Below, piece by piece: positions 53,881 to 64,000 of a stretch of 64,000 nucleotides of DNA (position 1 is the first letter of the stretch; every line of letters begins with the position of its first letter). The notes below the pieces were generated by a model. That model ran no database searches and had not been told where the DNA came from. It saw only the letters and a list, made by a program, of their open reading frames with translations. The position numbers were made by a program, and so were the translations under genes. Source of the stretch: Mytilus galloprovincialis (taxonomy: Eukaryota); assembly GCF_965363235.1 (NCBI RefSeq), contig NC_134842.1, positions 34,040,757-34,104,756 on the forward strand, in the 5' to 3' direction.

Positions 53881-55848
53881 GGCGTAGCTTTATACGACCG
53901 CAGAGGTTGAACCCTGAACGGTTGGGGCAAGTATGGACACAACATTCAAGCTGGATTCAGCTCTAAATTTGGATTGTGATTAAATAGTTGACATAGCATA
54001 GGTTTCTGACACAGAATGAATGTGTTCTAATGAACTTAAAATTTTTGTTTTCTCTTAGAGCAATTCACTATGCTGTTGAATATTAATCCTCTCAAAAAAA
54101 TGTTTGAAGAAATTTTCTTTTTTATTTATGAAATTTCAAATGAGAAAAATTGAACCCAATTTTTTTAATCACATCCCCCTTTCCCTTATTCCAAAACTAA
54201 TCTCAATTAAAATTTCTAATGGAGTTTGCAACAATAACTACTCATTTAAAAACATCATAAAATATTAAGATGTAAAAAAACTGCTTGTTATCACTGAATG
54301 GTAAAGATTATTTTAATTTATCAGTTGGTAGTAAAAAGTGAATATACATTGTATATTGTATATAACAAAGATTTAAGTTGATTCTGGACAAAGAAAGATA
54401 ACTCCAATTAAAAAAAAATCTTGCTATTGCACAATATTTTGCAATTAGATATTTCTTGCTTACTATTCTGGACAAAGAAAGATAACTCTAATTAAAAAAA
54501 AATTTGCTATTTCACAATATTGTGCAATTAGATATTTCTTGCCATTGCGCAATACTGTGCAATTGAAAAGACTTGCTATTGCACAATACTTAATATAATA
54601 ATTTTAGATCCTGATTTGGACCAACTTGAAAACTGGGCCCATAATAAAAAATCTAAGTACATTTTTGGATTCAGCATATCAAAGAACCCCAAGATTTCAA
54701 TTTTTGTTAAAATCAGACTAAGTTTAATTTTGGACCCTTTGGACTTTAGTGTAGACCAATTTGAAAACAGGACCAAAAATGAAGAATCTACATACACAGT
54801 TAGATTTGGTATATCAAAGAACCCCATTTATTCAATTTTTGATGAAATCAAACAAAGTTTAATTTTGGACCCCGATTTGGACCAACTTGAAAACTGGGCC
54901 AATAATCAAGAATCTAAGTACATTTTTAGATTCAGCATATCAAAGAACTTAACTGATTCATTTTTTGTCAAAATCAAACTAAGTTTAATTTTGGACCCTT
55001 TGGACCTTAATGTAGACCAATTTGAAAACGGGACCAAAAGTTAAGAATCTACATACACAGTCATGACAGTTAGATTCGGCATATCAAAGAACCCCAATTA
55101 TTCAATTTTGATGAAATCAAACAAAGTTTAATTTTGGACCCTTTGGGCCCCTTATTCTGTTGGGACCAAACCTCCCAAAATCAATACCAACCTTCCTTTT
55201 ATGGTCATAAACCTTGTGTTTAAATTTCATAGATTTCTATTTACTTATACTAACGTTATGGTGCGAAAACCAAGAAAAATGCTTATTTGGGTCCCTTTTT
55301 GGCCCCTAATTCCTAAACTGTTGGGACATTAACTCCCAAAATCAATACCAACCTTCCTTTTGTAGTCATTAACATTGTGTTTAAATTTCATTGATTTCTA
55401 TTTACTTAAACTAAAGTTATTGTGCGAAAACCAAGAATAATGCTTATTTGGGCCCTTTTTTGGCCCCTAATTCCTAAACTGTTGAAACCAAAACTCCCAA
55501 AATCAATCCCAACCGTTCTTTTGTGGTCATAAACCTTGTGTCAAAATTTCATAGATTTCTATTAACTTAAACTAAAGTTATAGTGCGAAAACCAAGAAAA
55601 TGCTTATTTGGGCCCTTTTTGGCCCCTAATTCCTAAAATGATGGGACCAAAACTGCCAAAATCAATACCAACCTTCCTTTTGTGGTCATAAACCTTGTGT
55701 TAAAATTTCATAGATTTCCATTCACTTTTACTAAAGTTAGAGTGCGAAAACTAAAAGTATTCGGACGACGACGACGACGCCAACGTGATAGCAATATACG
55801 ACGAAAAATTTTTCAAATTTTGCGGTTGTATAAAAACTTATGAAAATT
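53881..55848 (+). mobile_element. Full-length composite non-autonomous element (~1.97 kb): head with sub-terminal inverted repeat TTTATACGACCGCAG; unique body; degenerate 35-bp array (~54405-54590); ~108-bp array (54600-55140); ~160-bp array (55140-55750); (GAC)n; 3' terminus ...TTGCGGTTGTATAAAAACT. Possibly Helentron/HINE-like.
   Basis: The 3' inverted repeat (reverse complement agtttttatacaaccgcaa) pairs with the 5' tttatacgaccgcag. The internal arrays were read directly. The same architecture occurs at 56673-58703. Confidence 0.6.
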
Positions 55849-56672
55849 GTTAAAAAATGACTATAAAGGACAATAACTCCTTAAGGGGTAACTTCACAAT
55901 TTTGGTCATGTTGACTTATTTGTAGATCTTACTTTGCTGAACATTATTGCTGTTTACAGTTTATCTCTATCTGTTATAATATTCAAGATAATAACCAAAA
56001 ACTGCAAAATTTCCTTAAAATTACTAATTCTGGGGCAGCAACCCAACAACAGGGTGTCTGTTTTGTCTGAAATTTCAGGGCAGATAGATCTTTACCTGAT
56101 AAACAATTTATCTCTTGTCAGATATGCTCTAAATACTTTGGTTTCAGAGATATAAGCCAAAATCTACATTTTACCCCTATGTTCTATTTTTAGCCATGGC
56201 GGCCATTTTGGTTGGTTGGCAGGGTCACGCCACACATTTTTTAAACTAGATACCCCAATGATGATTTTGGCCAAGTTTGGATTAATTTGGCCCAGTAGTT
56301 ATAGAGAAGAATATCTTTTGTAAAAGATAACTAAGATTTACGAAAAATGGTTAAAAATTGACTATAAAGGGCAATAACTCCTAAAGGGGTCAACTGACCA
56401 TTTTGGTCATGTTGACCTTTTTGTAAATCTTACTTTGCTGAACATTATTGCAGTTTACAGTTTATCTCTATCTATAATAATATTCAAGATAATAACCAAA
56501 AACAGTAAAATTTCCTTAAAATTGTCAATTTAGGGGCAGCAACCCAATAACTGGTTGTCCGATTCTTCTGAAAATTTCAGGGCAGATAGATCTTGACTTG
56601 ATAAACAAATTTACCCAATGTCAGATTTGCTCTAAATGCTTTGGTTTTTAAGTTATAAGCCAACCAAAAATC
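55849..56672 (+). repeat. Two tandem ~330-bp core units (55849-56180 and 56340-56672) separated by a ~160-bp insert (ccatggcggccattttggttggttggcagggtcacgcc...). A partial core also precedes the head at 52756-52975.
   Basis: tatgaaaattgttaaaaaatgactataaaggacaataactcc...cagggcagatagatc...ataagccaa repeated at ~85% identity. Confidence 0.6.
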
Positions 56673-58703
56673 TCCGCAGGGCGCAGCTATATACGACCGC
56701 AGAGGTTGAACCCCAGTTGGGGCAAGTATGGACACAACATTTAAGCTGGATTCAGCTCTAAATTTGGATTGTGATAAAATAGTTGACACAGCATAGGTTT
56801 CTGACACAGAATGAATGTGGTCTAATGAACTTAAAATATTTTTTTGGCCTTTGAGCAACTCACTATGCTGTTGAATATTAATCCTCTCAAAAAAATGTTT
56901 GAAGAAATTTTCTTTTTATTTATGAAATCTGAAATGAGAAAAATTTAACCCTCCCCCCCCCCATTTTTTTTTTACATCCCCCTTTCCCTTTTTCCAAAAC
57001 TGATCTCAATTCAAATTTCTAATGGAGTTTGCAAAAATAACTACTCATTTAAATACATCATAAAATATTAAAATGTAACAAAAGGTGCTTGTTATCACTG
57101 AATGGTAAAGATTGTTTTAATTTATCAGTTGGTAGTAAAAGTGAATATACATTGTATATTGTATAAAACAATGAATTTAGTTGACTCAACTACTATTCTG
57201 GACAAAGAAAGATAACTCCAATCAATTGAAAATTTCTTGCTATTGCACAATATTGTGCAATTAGATATTTCTGGCTATTGCGCAATACTGTGCAATTGAA
57301 AATATTTGCTATTGCACAATACTGTGTAATTGAAGATTTCTTGCTATTGCGCAATACTGAGCAATTGAAAATTTCTTGCTATTGCACAAAACTGTGCAAT
57401 TGAAGATTTCTTGCTATTGCTGAATACTGTGCAATTGAAAATTTCTTGCTATTGCACAATACTTAATATAGTAATTTTGGATCCTGATTTGAACCAACTT
57501 GAAAACTGGGCGCATAAACAAAAATCTAAGTACATGTTTAGATTCAGCATATCAAAAAAGCCCAAAAATTCAATTTTTGTTAAAATCAAATTTAGTTTAA
57601 TTTTGGACCCTTTGGACTTTAATGTAGACCAATTTGAAAACGGGACCAAAAATTAAGAATCTACATACACAGTTAGATTTGGCATATCAAAGAACCCCAA
57701 TTATTCAATTTTTGATGAAATCAAACAAAGTTTAATTTTGGACCCCGATTTGGACCAACTTGAAAACTGGGCCAATAATCAAAAATCTAAGTACATTTTT
57801 TAGATTCAACATATCAAAGAACCCCAAGGATTCAATTTTTGTTAAAATCAAACTAAGTTTAATTTTGGACCCTTTGGACCTTAATGTAGACCAATTTGAA
57901 AACGGGACCAATAATTAAGAATCTACAGACACAGTTAGATTTAGCATATCAAAGAACCCCAATTATTCAATTTTTGATGAAATCAAACAAAGTTCAATTT
58001 TGGACCCTTTGGGCCCCTTATTCCTAAACTGTTGGGATCAAAACTCCCAAAATCAAACCCAACCTTCCTTTTATGGTCATAAACCTTGTGTTTAAATTTC
58101 ATAGATTTCTATTTACTTATACTTAAGTTATGGTGCGAAAAACAAGAATAATGCTTATTTGGGCCCCTTTTTGGCCCCTAATTCCTAAACTGTTGGGACC
58201 TCAACTCCCAAAATCAATCCCAACCTTCCTTTTGTGGTCATAAACCTTGTGTTTAAATTTCACTGATTTCTATTTACTTATACTAAACATTCTAAAGTTA
58301 TTGTGCGAAAACCAAGAATAATGCTTATTTGGGCCCTTTTTTGGCCCCTAATTCCTAAACTGTTGGAACCAAAGCTCCCAAAATCAGACCCAACCTTCCT
58401 TTTGTGGTCATAAACCTTGTGTCAAAATTTCATAGATTTCTATTCACTTGAACTAAAGTTATAGTGCGAAAACAAAGAAAATGCTTATTTGGGCCCTTTT
58501 TGGCCCCTAATTCCTAAAATGTTGGGACCAAAACTCCCAAAATCAATCCCAACCTTCCTTTTGTAGTCATAAACCTTGTGTCAAAATTTCATCGATTTCT
58601 ATTCACTTTACTAAAGTTAGAGTGCGAAAACTAAAAGTATTCGGACGACGACGACGTGATACCAATATACAACCAAAAAATTTTCAATTAGATTTATACG
58701 GTC
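56673..58703 (+). mobile_element. Second full-length composite element (~2.03 kb): head; 35-bp array (57224-57463, 7 units); ~108-bp array (57470-58010); ~160-bp array (58010-58625); 3' terminus ...ATTTATACGGTCGTATAAAAACT
   Basis: Same order of modules as 53881-55848. The 3' sub-terminal inverted repeat matches the 5' TTTATACGACCG at 12 of 12 positions. Confidence 0.6.
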
Positions 58704-59089
58704 GTATAAAAACTAAGGCAAGTCAGAATGTACCATTCATTGGTGGATTATTTGATACATGTATATACTATAATGAGATAGACCAATCGAAGTTTAATGC
58801 AGTTTTTATCACAAAATGTTTTTAAAGATATTTTAGAGCATCATCTTAAGCTTTGATGAGTTCTAATTGGTGACATCAAATTAGGTCTGACTTCCTGTGC
58901 TGCGTTTTGTGGAAATGTAATTCTCAAATAAAAACATGTTTTACCCTGCCACATGTTTAATTTCCCCTGTCCCAAGTCAGGAGCCTCTGGCCTTTGTAAG
59001 TCTTGTATGATTTTTAATTTAAGTTTCTTGTGTAAAATTCAGAGTTTAGTACATGTACGACACCCATTATCACTGAACTAGTCTACATA

Positions 59090-59265
59090 TTTGATTAGGG
59101 GCCAGCTGAAGGATGCCTCCTGGTGCAGGAGTTTCTTGCTGCATTGAAGATCCATTGGTGGCCTTCAGCTGTTGTCTGCTCTATGGTCAGGTTGTTGTCT
59201 CTTTGACACATTCCCCATTTTCATTCTCTATTTAAGGTCTTTCCCCTACATGGGAAAGACCTTAT
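59090..59265. repeat. Hairpin-rich segment: inverted repeat ccagctgaagg / ccttcagctg (59103-59170), an S1-like motif gttgtctctttgacacattcccca, and the palindrome aaggtctttcccctacatgggaaagacctt (59236-59265)
   Basis: Read directly. Confidence 0.4.
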
Positions 59266-59770
59266 TGTTTTTCTAATGTTTTTTTTTCTTTTTCTTCCAG
59301 CATTTGTTTGGCTCGCCCTCCTACCGCTTCTATTGGAGTTATCAATACCAAAATTAAACCATCGATAGACCTCAACATGAACTTTTACCAGATGAACTTT
59401 TGTAGAATTTCACCTTCCCCTTAAGAAGTTATCTCCCTTTTATTGATTTTTTTCAACATGGTCCCCCCAAAATGTGTTAAAAGATATCATGACTTTATTT
59501 GGACAATAGGTAGATCTAATCATGATGTATTACCATATGAGGCTGCCTAGGATTTCATCATCTACTTTGAGAGTTATATCCCCTTGAAGCAATTTCTTTT
59601 ATTTGCATTTTATGCAAAAAGTATTAGAGATAGAATTTAATTGAAAATAACAGCATGTAATAGAACAAATGGCAATGTTTATAAACATAAACAATTAATT
59701 TGTTATTAACCCTTATAAGGAGTTATTTCCCTTTAAAAATTAAAAATATTTTTTCAAAAATTTATATTCG

Positions 59771-60262
59771 AGAACCGGAAGTCATAGAGACTTGTAACCT
59801 TCACCAATAATCTTAAATTCTTATGACCTTTAATATGCACCCAAGGTCAAAGGTCACCGAGTGCAAAAAAAAATTACGCTGCAATTTCAAGCTTACATAT
59901 TAGGAAAACGATAAGACTTTGCTGCATACATACAGCGTATAAAATGTTCTTCTCGACGAGCTCTACATTTTATACAATAAGCCCAATAATGTCCGACCGT
60001 CTGTTCAAAAGTTACAACGGGATGATTGTTAAAAGTATAGTATTGTGTGTATATCTTTTTAAATGTAACAGATATCAACCTACTATAAAGTGCAAAGATG
60101 ATCAGTAATTCAAGACCTTCAATTTGAGGTCAATGTCAGGTCATGATGAAATTTCACCTTGACCTTCACAGTATACAATGACCTTGACCTTGTGAAAGTT
60201 GAAAGGTTAAGTGGTCCTGAGTTGAATGGTGCTAGTCCCATGTCTCTACGACTTCCGGTTCT
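59771..60262. mobile_element. MITE (~490 bp) with 21-bp terminal inverted repeats AGAACCGGAAGTCATAGAGAC / GTCTCTACGACTTCCGGTTCT
   Basis: Reverse-complement match at 20 of 21 positions. Target-site duplication not evident. Confidence 0.65.
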
Positions 60263-60639
60263 TAAGTTTAGTATTGCATCATATATTTGATAATTAATTG
60301 TGACCTTGGTGAACTTCGAAATTGTCCCAATTCTTTTTCTATAATGTTGTCTTTCTACTGTATATCATTTATCATTGAACAGATTTGAGATATCTATTGT
60401 CGTTTTAGAGATAATGCAGTTTGAAGTTTTGCGAGCGGAAGCATGTATTTCTGAATCAACAAGAGCTTACCACTAAAAATGTTTAAGAAATTAAAGAGGT
60501 TAATATAGTTATATGTTTGCCCAAATACCAAAAACATTCCATGGAAAATAACGCCAAAAATTTAATTTGAAATTTTCAAGTTTTGCATTGACTTTGTAAG
60601 TTTCATAACTTCTATTTATATAGTTGATATTGCATCATT

Positions 60640-61200
60640 ATTTGCACTTTGTCAAATGGGGTCATCTGATATATCAAATTGAAGGTCTCAATAAACTCTA
60701 CTTAAAAACGAAAATGTTAAACCCCCTTTTCATCCCAGGGGGACGGGTGGGGTCATTTAGTGCAAACATTCAAATTTCTCAGATGTTAAGGTTGTCGCAT
60801 ATCAAATGAAAGAACATAAAGCGTACATTTCAAATTTCAATTGACATCCCCAAAAAATTGGTTGGGTGGGGTCATTGAGTGCAAAACATCAATTTTCTTT
60901 TACGATAGGGTTGTTGTATATCAAATGAAAGGTCATGATGTGTACATTTGAAATATCAAATTCCCGACCTCCAAAAATTAGTTGGATAGGGTTATTAAGT
61001 GCAAAAATCAAACTTTCAAGAACATGGTGTTGTCGCATATCAAACGAAAGCTCATCTACTCTGTTCCATATATCATAATTCCGATCTCAAAAATGTAGAC
61101 GGATGAGGTCATTAAGTGTAAAAAGCGAAAAGTTTCAGAAGATGTGTTTGTCGTATATCAAACGAAAGGTCGTACAAAGTACAATACGAAAACATCACTT
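60640..61200. repeat. ~120-bp minisatellite, 4-5 diverged units (gtcatt.agtgcaaa...tgttgtcgcatatcaaatgaaagg...acatttcaaat...)
   Basis: Units start near 60688, 60808, 60928 and 61048, at ~75-85% identity. Confidence 0.7.
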
Positions 61201-61329
61201 TTACAGGAAAGACCTTTCAATTGTTTTACAAACAATTGAGATACTAGTTTAATTGATAGATACTAATGAATGGTTTCCTGAATTCAGGTAATCATCCACC
61301 AATTAATGGTTATTCCTGACCTGTTTAAA

Positions 61330-61455
61330 GTCCCAGGTATGGGCTTTGCTCATTGTTGAAGGCCCTACAGTGACCTATAGTTGTTAATGTCTGTCATTTT
61401 GGTCTGTTGTGGATAGTTGTCTCATTGGCAATCATACCACATCTTCTTTTTTTAT
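61330..61455 (+). repeat. S1 SINE/MITE-like repeat, near full-length copy
   Basis: gggctttgctcattgttgaaggccctacagtgacctatagttgttaatgtctgtcattttggtctgttgtggatagttgtctcattggcaatcataccacatcttc. Confidence 0.65.
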
Positions 61456-61801
61456 ATTAACATGCTTAACATCCGCTCTCTTTTTGACTTGTTATTGTAT
61501 GTTTAATTGATCCAATTTATTGTGTATTATACATACCTTTTGGGCTGCTTGTTTGTTATCTATATCGAACACACTTGCATTTTAAAAATGCATTAGGATT
61601 TTTAAAAGTAAAAACACATATTATACTAGATTCTTTATCATATTTATCTACATATTTTTTTAAGAACTTGAATAGTTCTCATTAATCTTCTTTTTTATTA
61701 TATATAATTGTTTTTATTGTATCATGAAAATTATTAATGTTGTAATGTTTATGCTCTTTGGGTCCCGTAATTGGAATAAAAATATCTTCTTCTTCTTGTA
61801 T

Positions 61802-62002
61802 GAGGCGGGATAGGACCTTTATCGGGACTTCGGGATCTAGTGTTTTTAAGCTCGGGATTTCGGGACTGACCCTTTCGAGATCTGGGAATTTTTTTTCTTC
61901 GAATTTCGGGACGTCGGGATTTACTTTATTTAAATTCGGGACCTCGGGATTTTGTGTTTTTAAGCTCGGGATTTTGGAATCAGGACCCATCCTATCCTCC
62001 CT
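61802..62002. mobile_element. Small (~200 bp) element flanked by a perfect 8-bp direct repeat CTTGTATG (61794-61801 and 62003-62010). Imperfect terminal inverted repeats AGGCGGGATAGGA / TCCTATCCTCCCT. Interior made of ~11-bp tandem repeats (tcgggacNtcgggattt, about 7 copies).
   Basis: The 8-bp flanking duplication and terminal repeats were read directly. Resembles a hAT-type MITE. Confidence 0.5.
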
Positions 62003-62128
62003 CTTGTATGTATGCAGTGTCAGCCTGTAATTCAGTTGTTGTAATTTGTTGTTGTGTTACATATTTCATATTATCGCACAGCAGATAAGTTATCACGTTG
62101 TGATTGGTTTGACGCCGTCACATAGTGA

Positions 62129-62349
62129 CCCCCTATGAGACTGTAGGGGGTTAGTAAATTTGATAGGGGGTTCATGACAATTCAATGGTGACTTCGTCTA
62201 TTAATGTTGTTGTGTTTCATTGTTTATTTTTGAACAAAACGTGGCGGAAAAAGTCCAGTATGCAATAAATTTGTTATAGGGTTAAGTACCGACTTCCTCC
62301 GGCCTCACCCTCTATGGATTTACTAACCCCCTATGGATCTGTAGGGGGC
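62129..62349. mobile_element. Foldback element (~220 bp) with 31-bp terminal inverted repeats, each itself a hairpin (CCCCCTAnnnnnnnnTAGGGGG followed by TTAGTAAAT)
   Basis: 5' end ccccctatgagactgtagggggttagtaaat. The reverse complement of the 3' end is ccccctacagatccatagggggttagtaaat. Confidence 0.6.
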
Positions 62350-62501
62350 AGTAGCGAACCATATAACTTATAATTTCTTTTACATTTATTATTGTGTACG
62401 TTTATAATTAAGCTGTTTAATTTCTAGTTTGAATTGTTTTTACATTTGTCATTAAATACATGTAGGTACCTTAAATAGCTACAAATGTAATTATGCAGTA
62501 T

Positions 62502-62625
62502 GGGCTTTGCATGCTCATTGTTAAACATGTTAACGGCTATGCAGTGATTTTTAGCTGTTAATTTCTGTGTCATTTGGTCTCTTGTGGAGAGTTGTCTCAC
62601 TGGTAATCATACCACATCTTATTAT
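62502..62625 (+). repeat. S1 SINE/MITE-like repeat copy
   Basis: gggctttgcatgctcattgttaaacatgttaacggctatgcagtgatttttagctgttaatttctgtgtcatttggtctcttgtggagagttgtctcactggtaatcataccacatctt. Confidence 0.65.
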
Positions 62626-63062
62626 TCCCCACCTATGATAGCAGATGGACATTATGTTTTCTGGTCCGTTCATCCATCGGTCAATCGGTCTGTCCCGGTG
62701 CTTCAGGTTAAAGTTTCTGGTCAAGGTAGTATTTGAAGAAGTTGAAGTCTAATCAACTTGAAACTTGTACAAATGTTCCCTATGATATGATCTTTGTTAT
62801 TTCAATGCCAAATTACAGTTTTGATCCCAACTTCATGGCCCACTGAACATAGAAAATGACAGTGTGAGTGGGGCATCTGTGCACTATGGACACTTTCTTG
62901 TTTATTTAGAGTCTATTGAGGCTGACAAAAAAGGAAATTCGACAATACCTTTTATTTTGAGTTCACATATATAATGTATATATATATATATATATAGTGT
63001 ACGTGTAATTGCATGAAAAATTATACTGCGTCTGCGACACAAAATTGCAATTATGCAAGTAC

Positions 63063-63158
63063 CTAGTCCAAATAATTATGACGTCTTGAAAGGCTATTAC
63101 AGCATGCGTCAAAGCATAAAAAAATAGCCTTCCAAAACGTCATAATTATTTGGACTAG
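63063..63158. repeat. Long hairpin: 35-bp inverted repeat (ctagtccaaataattatgacgtcttgaaaggctatt / aatagccttccaaaacgtcataattatttggactag) with a 26-bp loop
   Basis: Arms are reverse complements with 3 mismatches. Confidence 0.7.
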
Positions 63159-63650
63159 CAATTAAGTGCTCTGTTACTTTCGGTTCATTTTGCAGTGACA
63201 GAGTGTATCATGCCATGACAATATGTCAGACATTCAAGACAATAATTACAAATACTTCAAACGTTAACTGAATTGTTTACCTTTTCGAGGTTGAACTTCT
63301 TTGACTTTGTTCTGACCAGTTAACACTTTTTTCACAGGTTTCCGGTTTTACCGCAGTGTAGGCGTGGATTAACTGACCAATCAATGCATCAAGAAGTTAT
63401 TTTTAGCAATTACAACACTGGGAAAATCCCGATTCATGGTTACACAAGAGTTTTAAATAATCAATGTAGAAATAGCGCTTGCAGTTGATGATAGTATTTT
63501 ATGTCTGCTCAGAAAAATCGTCTGCATTCAGAAATTATAACAAGGCTTGCACTGTAAATGAACTGAAGGAACTAATATAATCAAGTGCTGCCAATTATTG
63601 ATAGGTAAATGCATATCTAACCATTATGCAAGAATTAAAGATAGACACAG

Positions 63651-63804
63651 GCCCGTAGCCAGGAATTTCCAAGGGGGGGTTCGTTGGACTCATGAACTCG
63701 ACTTTAACAGTCACAATTTGAACAAAACGTTGACTTTAACAGTGCTTACTTGATTTCAAGGGGGGGTTCGTCCGAACCCCCCGAACCCCCCCCTGGCTAC
63801 GGGT
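63651..63804. mobile_element. Small MITE-like element (~155 bp): terminal inverted repeats CCCGTAGCCAGG / CCTGGCTACGGG; inner inverted G7/C7 tracts (gggggggttcg / cgaaccccccc); internal direct repeats (cgactttaacagt x2; caagggggggttcgt x2)
   Basis: Read directly. Confidence 0.55.
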
Positions 63805-64000
63805 ATGAGACACACAAAACAAAATTTACGGAAGGGGGAGGGGCTGTAGATTTAAATCCTCAGAATTTTTTATTTATTTGCAAAAATGAAGTTTATATCA
63901 TTACTTAATTAAATACATGATTAAAAGCATGGCCAGGTCACCAGGCTTCTTTTAAGCTATAGGTCATACCAAATTTTCCAATGAAGGTGATACCCAGGTC

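Noticed and set aside
54616-55044. 142-aa ORF and the similar 81-aa ORF at 57411-57656 (DQLENWAHNKKSKYIFGFSISKNPK...)
   Set aside because: They read through the ~108-bp tandem array of the composite element. The periodic peptide is a translation of the repeat, not a gene.

Overview
This window is eukaryotic, repeat-dense genomic DNA; the repeat families suggest an invertebrate, possibly a bivalve mollusc, but that is a low-confidence guess. All coordinates were hand-counted and are uncertain by about 2 bp. (1) Positions 1-28632 are a near-identical (>99%) tandem satellite with a ~1291-bp monomer, running off the left edge of the window. 11 of its 19 units carry the same 450-bp MITE, with 19-bp terminal inverted repeats and a 7-8-bp target-site duplication. 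The array ends exactly at the 3' end of a MITE copy. (2) Positions 28633-32100 are AT-rich spacer with nested inverted repeats and SINE/MITE-like insertions. (3) Positions 32127-45330 on the minus strand hold a complete major vault protein (MVP) gene, reconstructed as 12 coding exons. Its introns carry several foldback/MITE/SINE-like elements. (4) Positions 48846-51806 are a hAT DNA transposon with a perfect 8-bp target-site duplication GTACATGG and terminal inverted repeats starting with CAG. Its minus-strand transposase has a BED zinc finger, a hAT core and a hATC dimerisation domain, but is interrupted by a frameshift and an apparent internal deletion. (5) Positions 51862-58703 are a cluster of composite non-autonomous elements. 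Each has a conserved head with a sub-terminal inverted repeat TTTATACGACCGCAG and nested 35-bp, ~108-bp and ~160-bp tandem arrays. They may be Helentron/HINE-like; fragments of the same family sit in an MVP intron. (6) Positions 58704-64000 are packed with small inverted-repeat elements, hairpins and a 120-bp minisatellite. No rRNA or CRISPR array was found, and no convincing tRNA; the one tRNA-like stretch fails a cloverleaf check. The short ORFs inside the satellite are judged non-coding.
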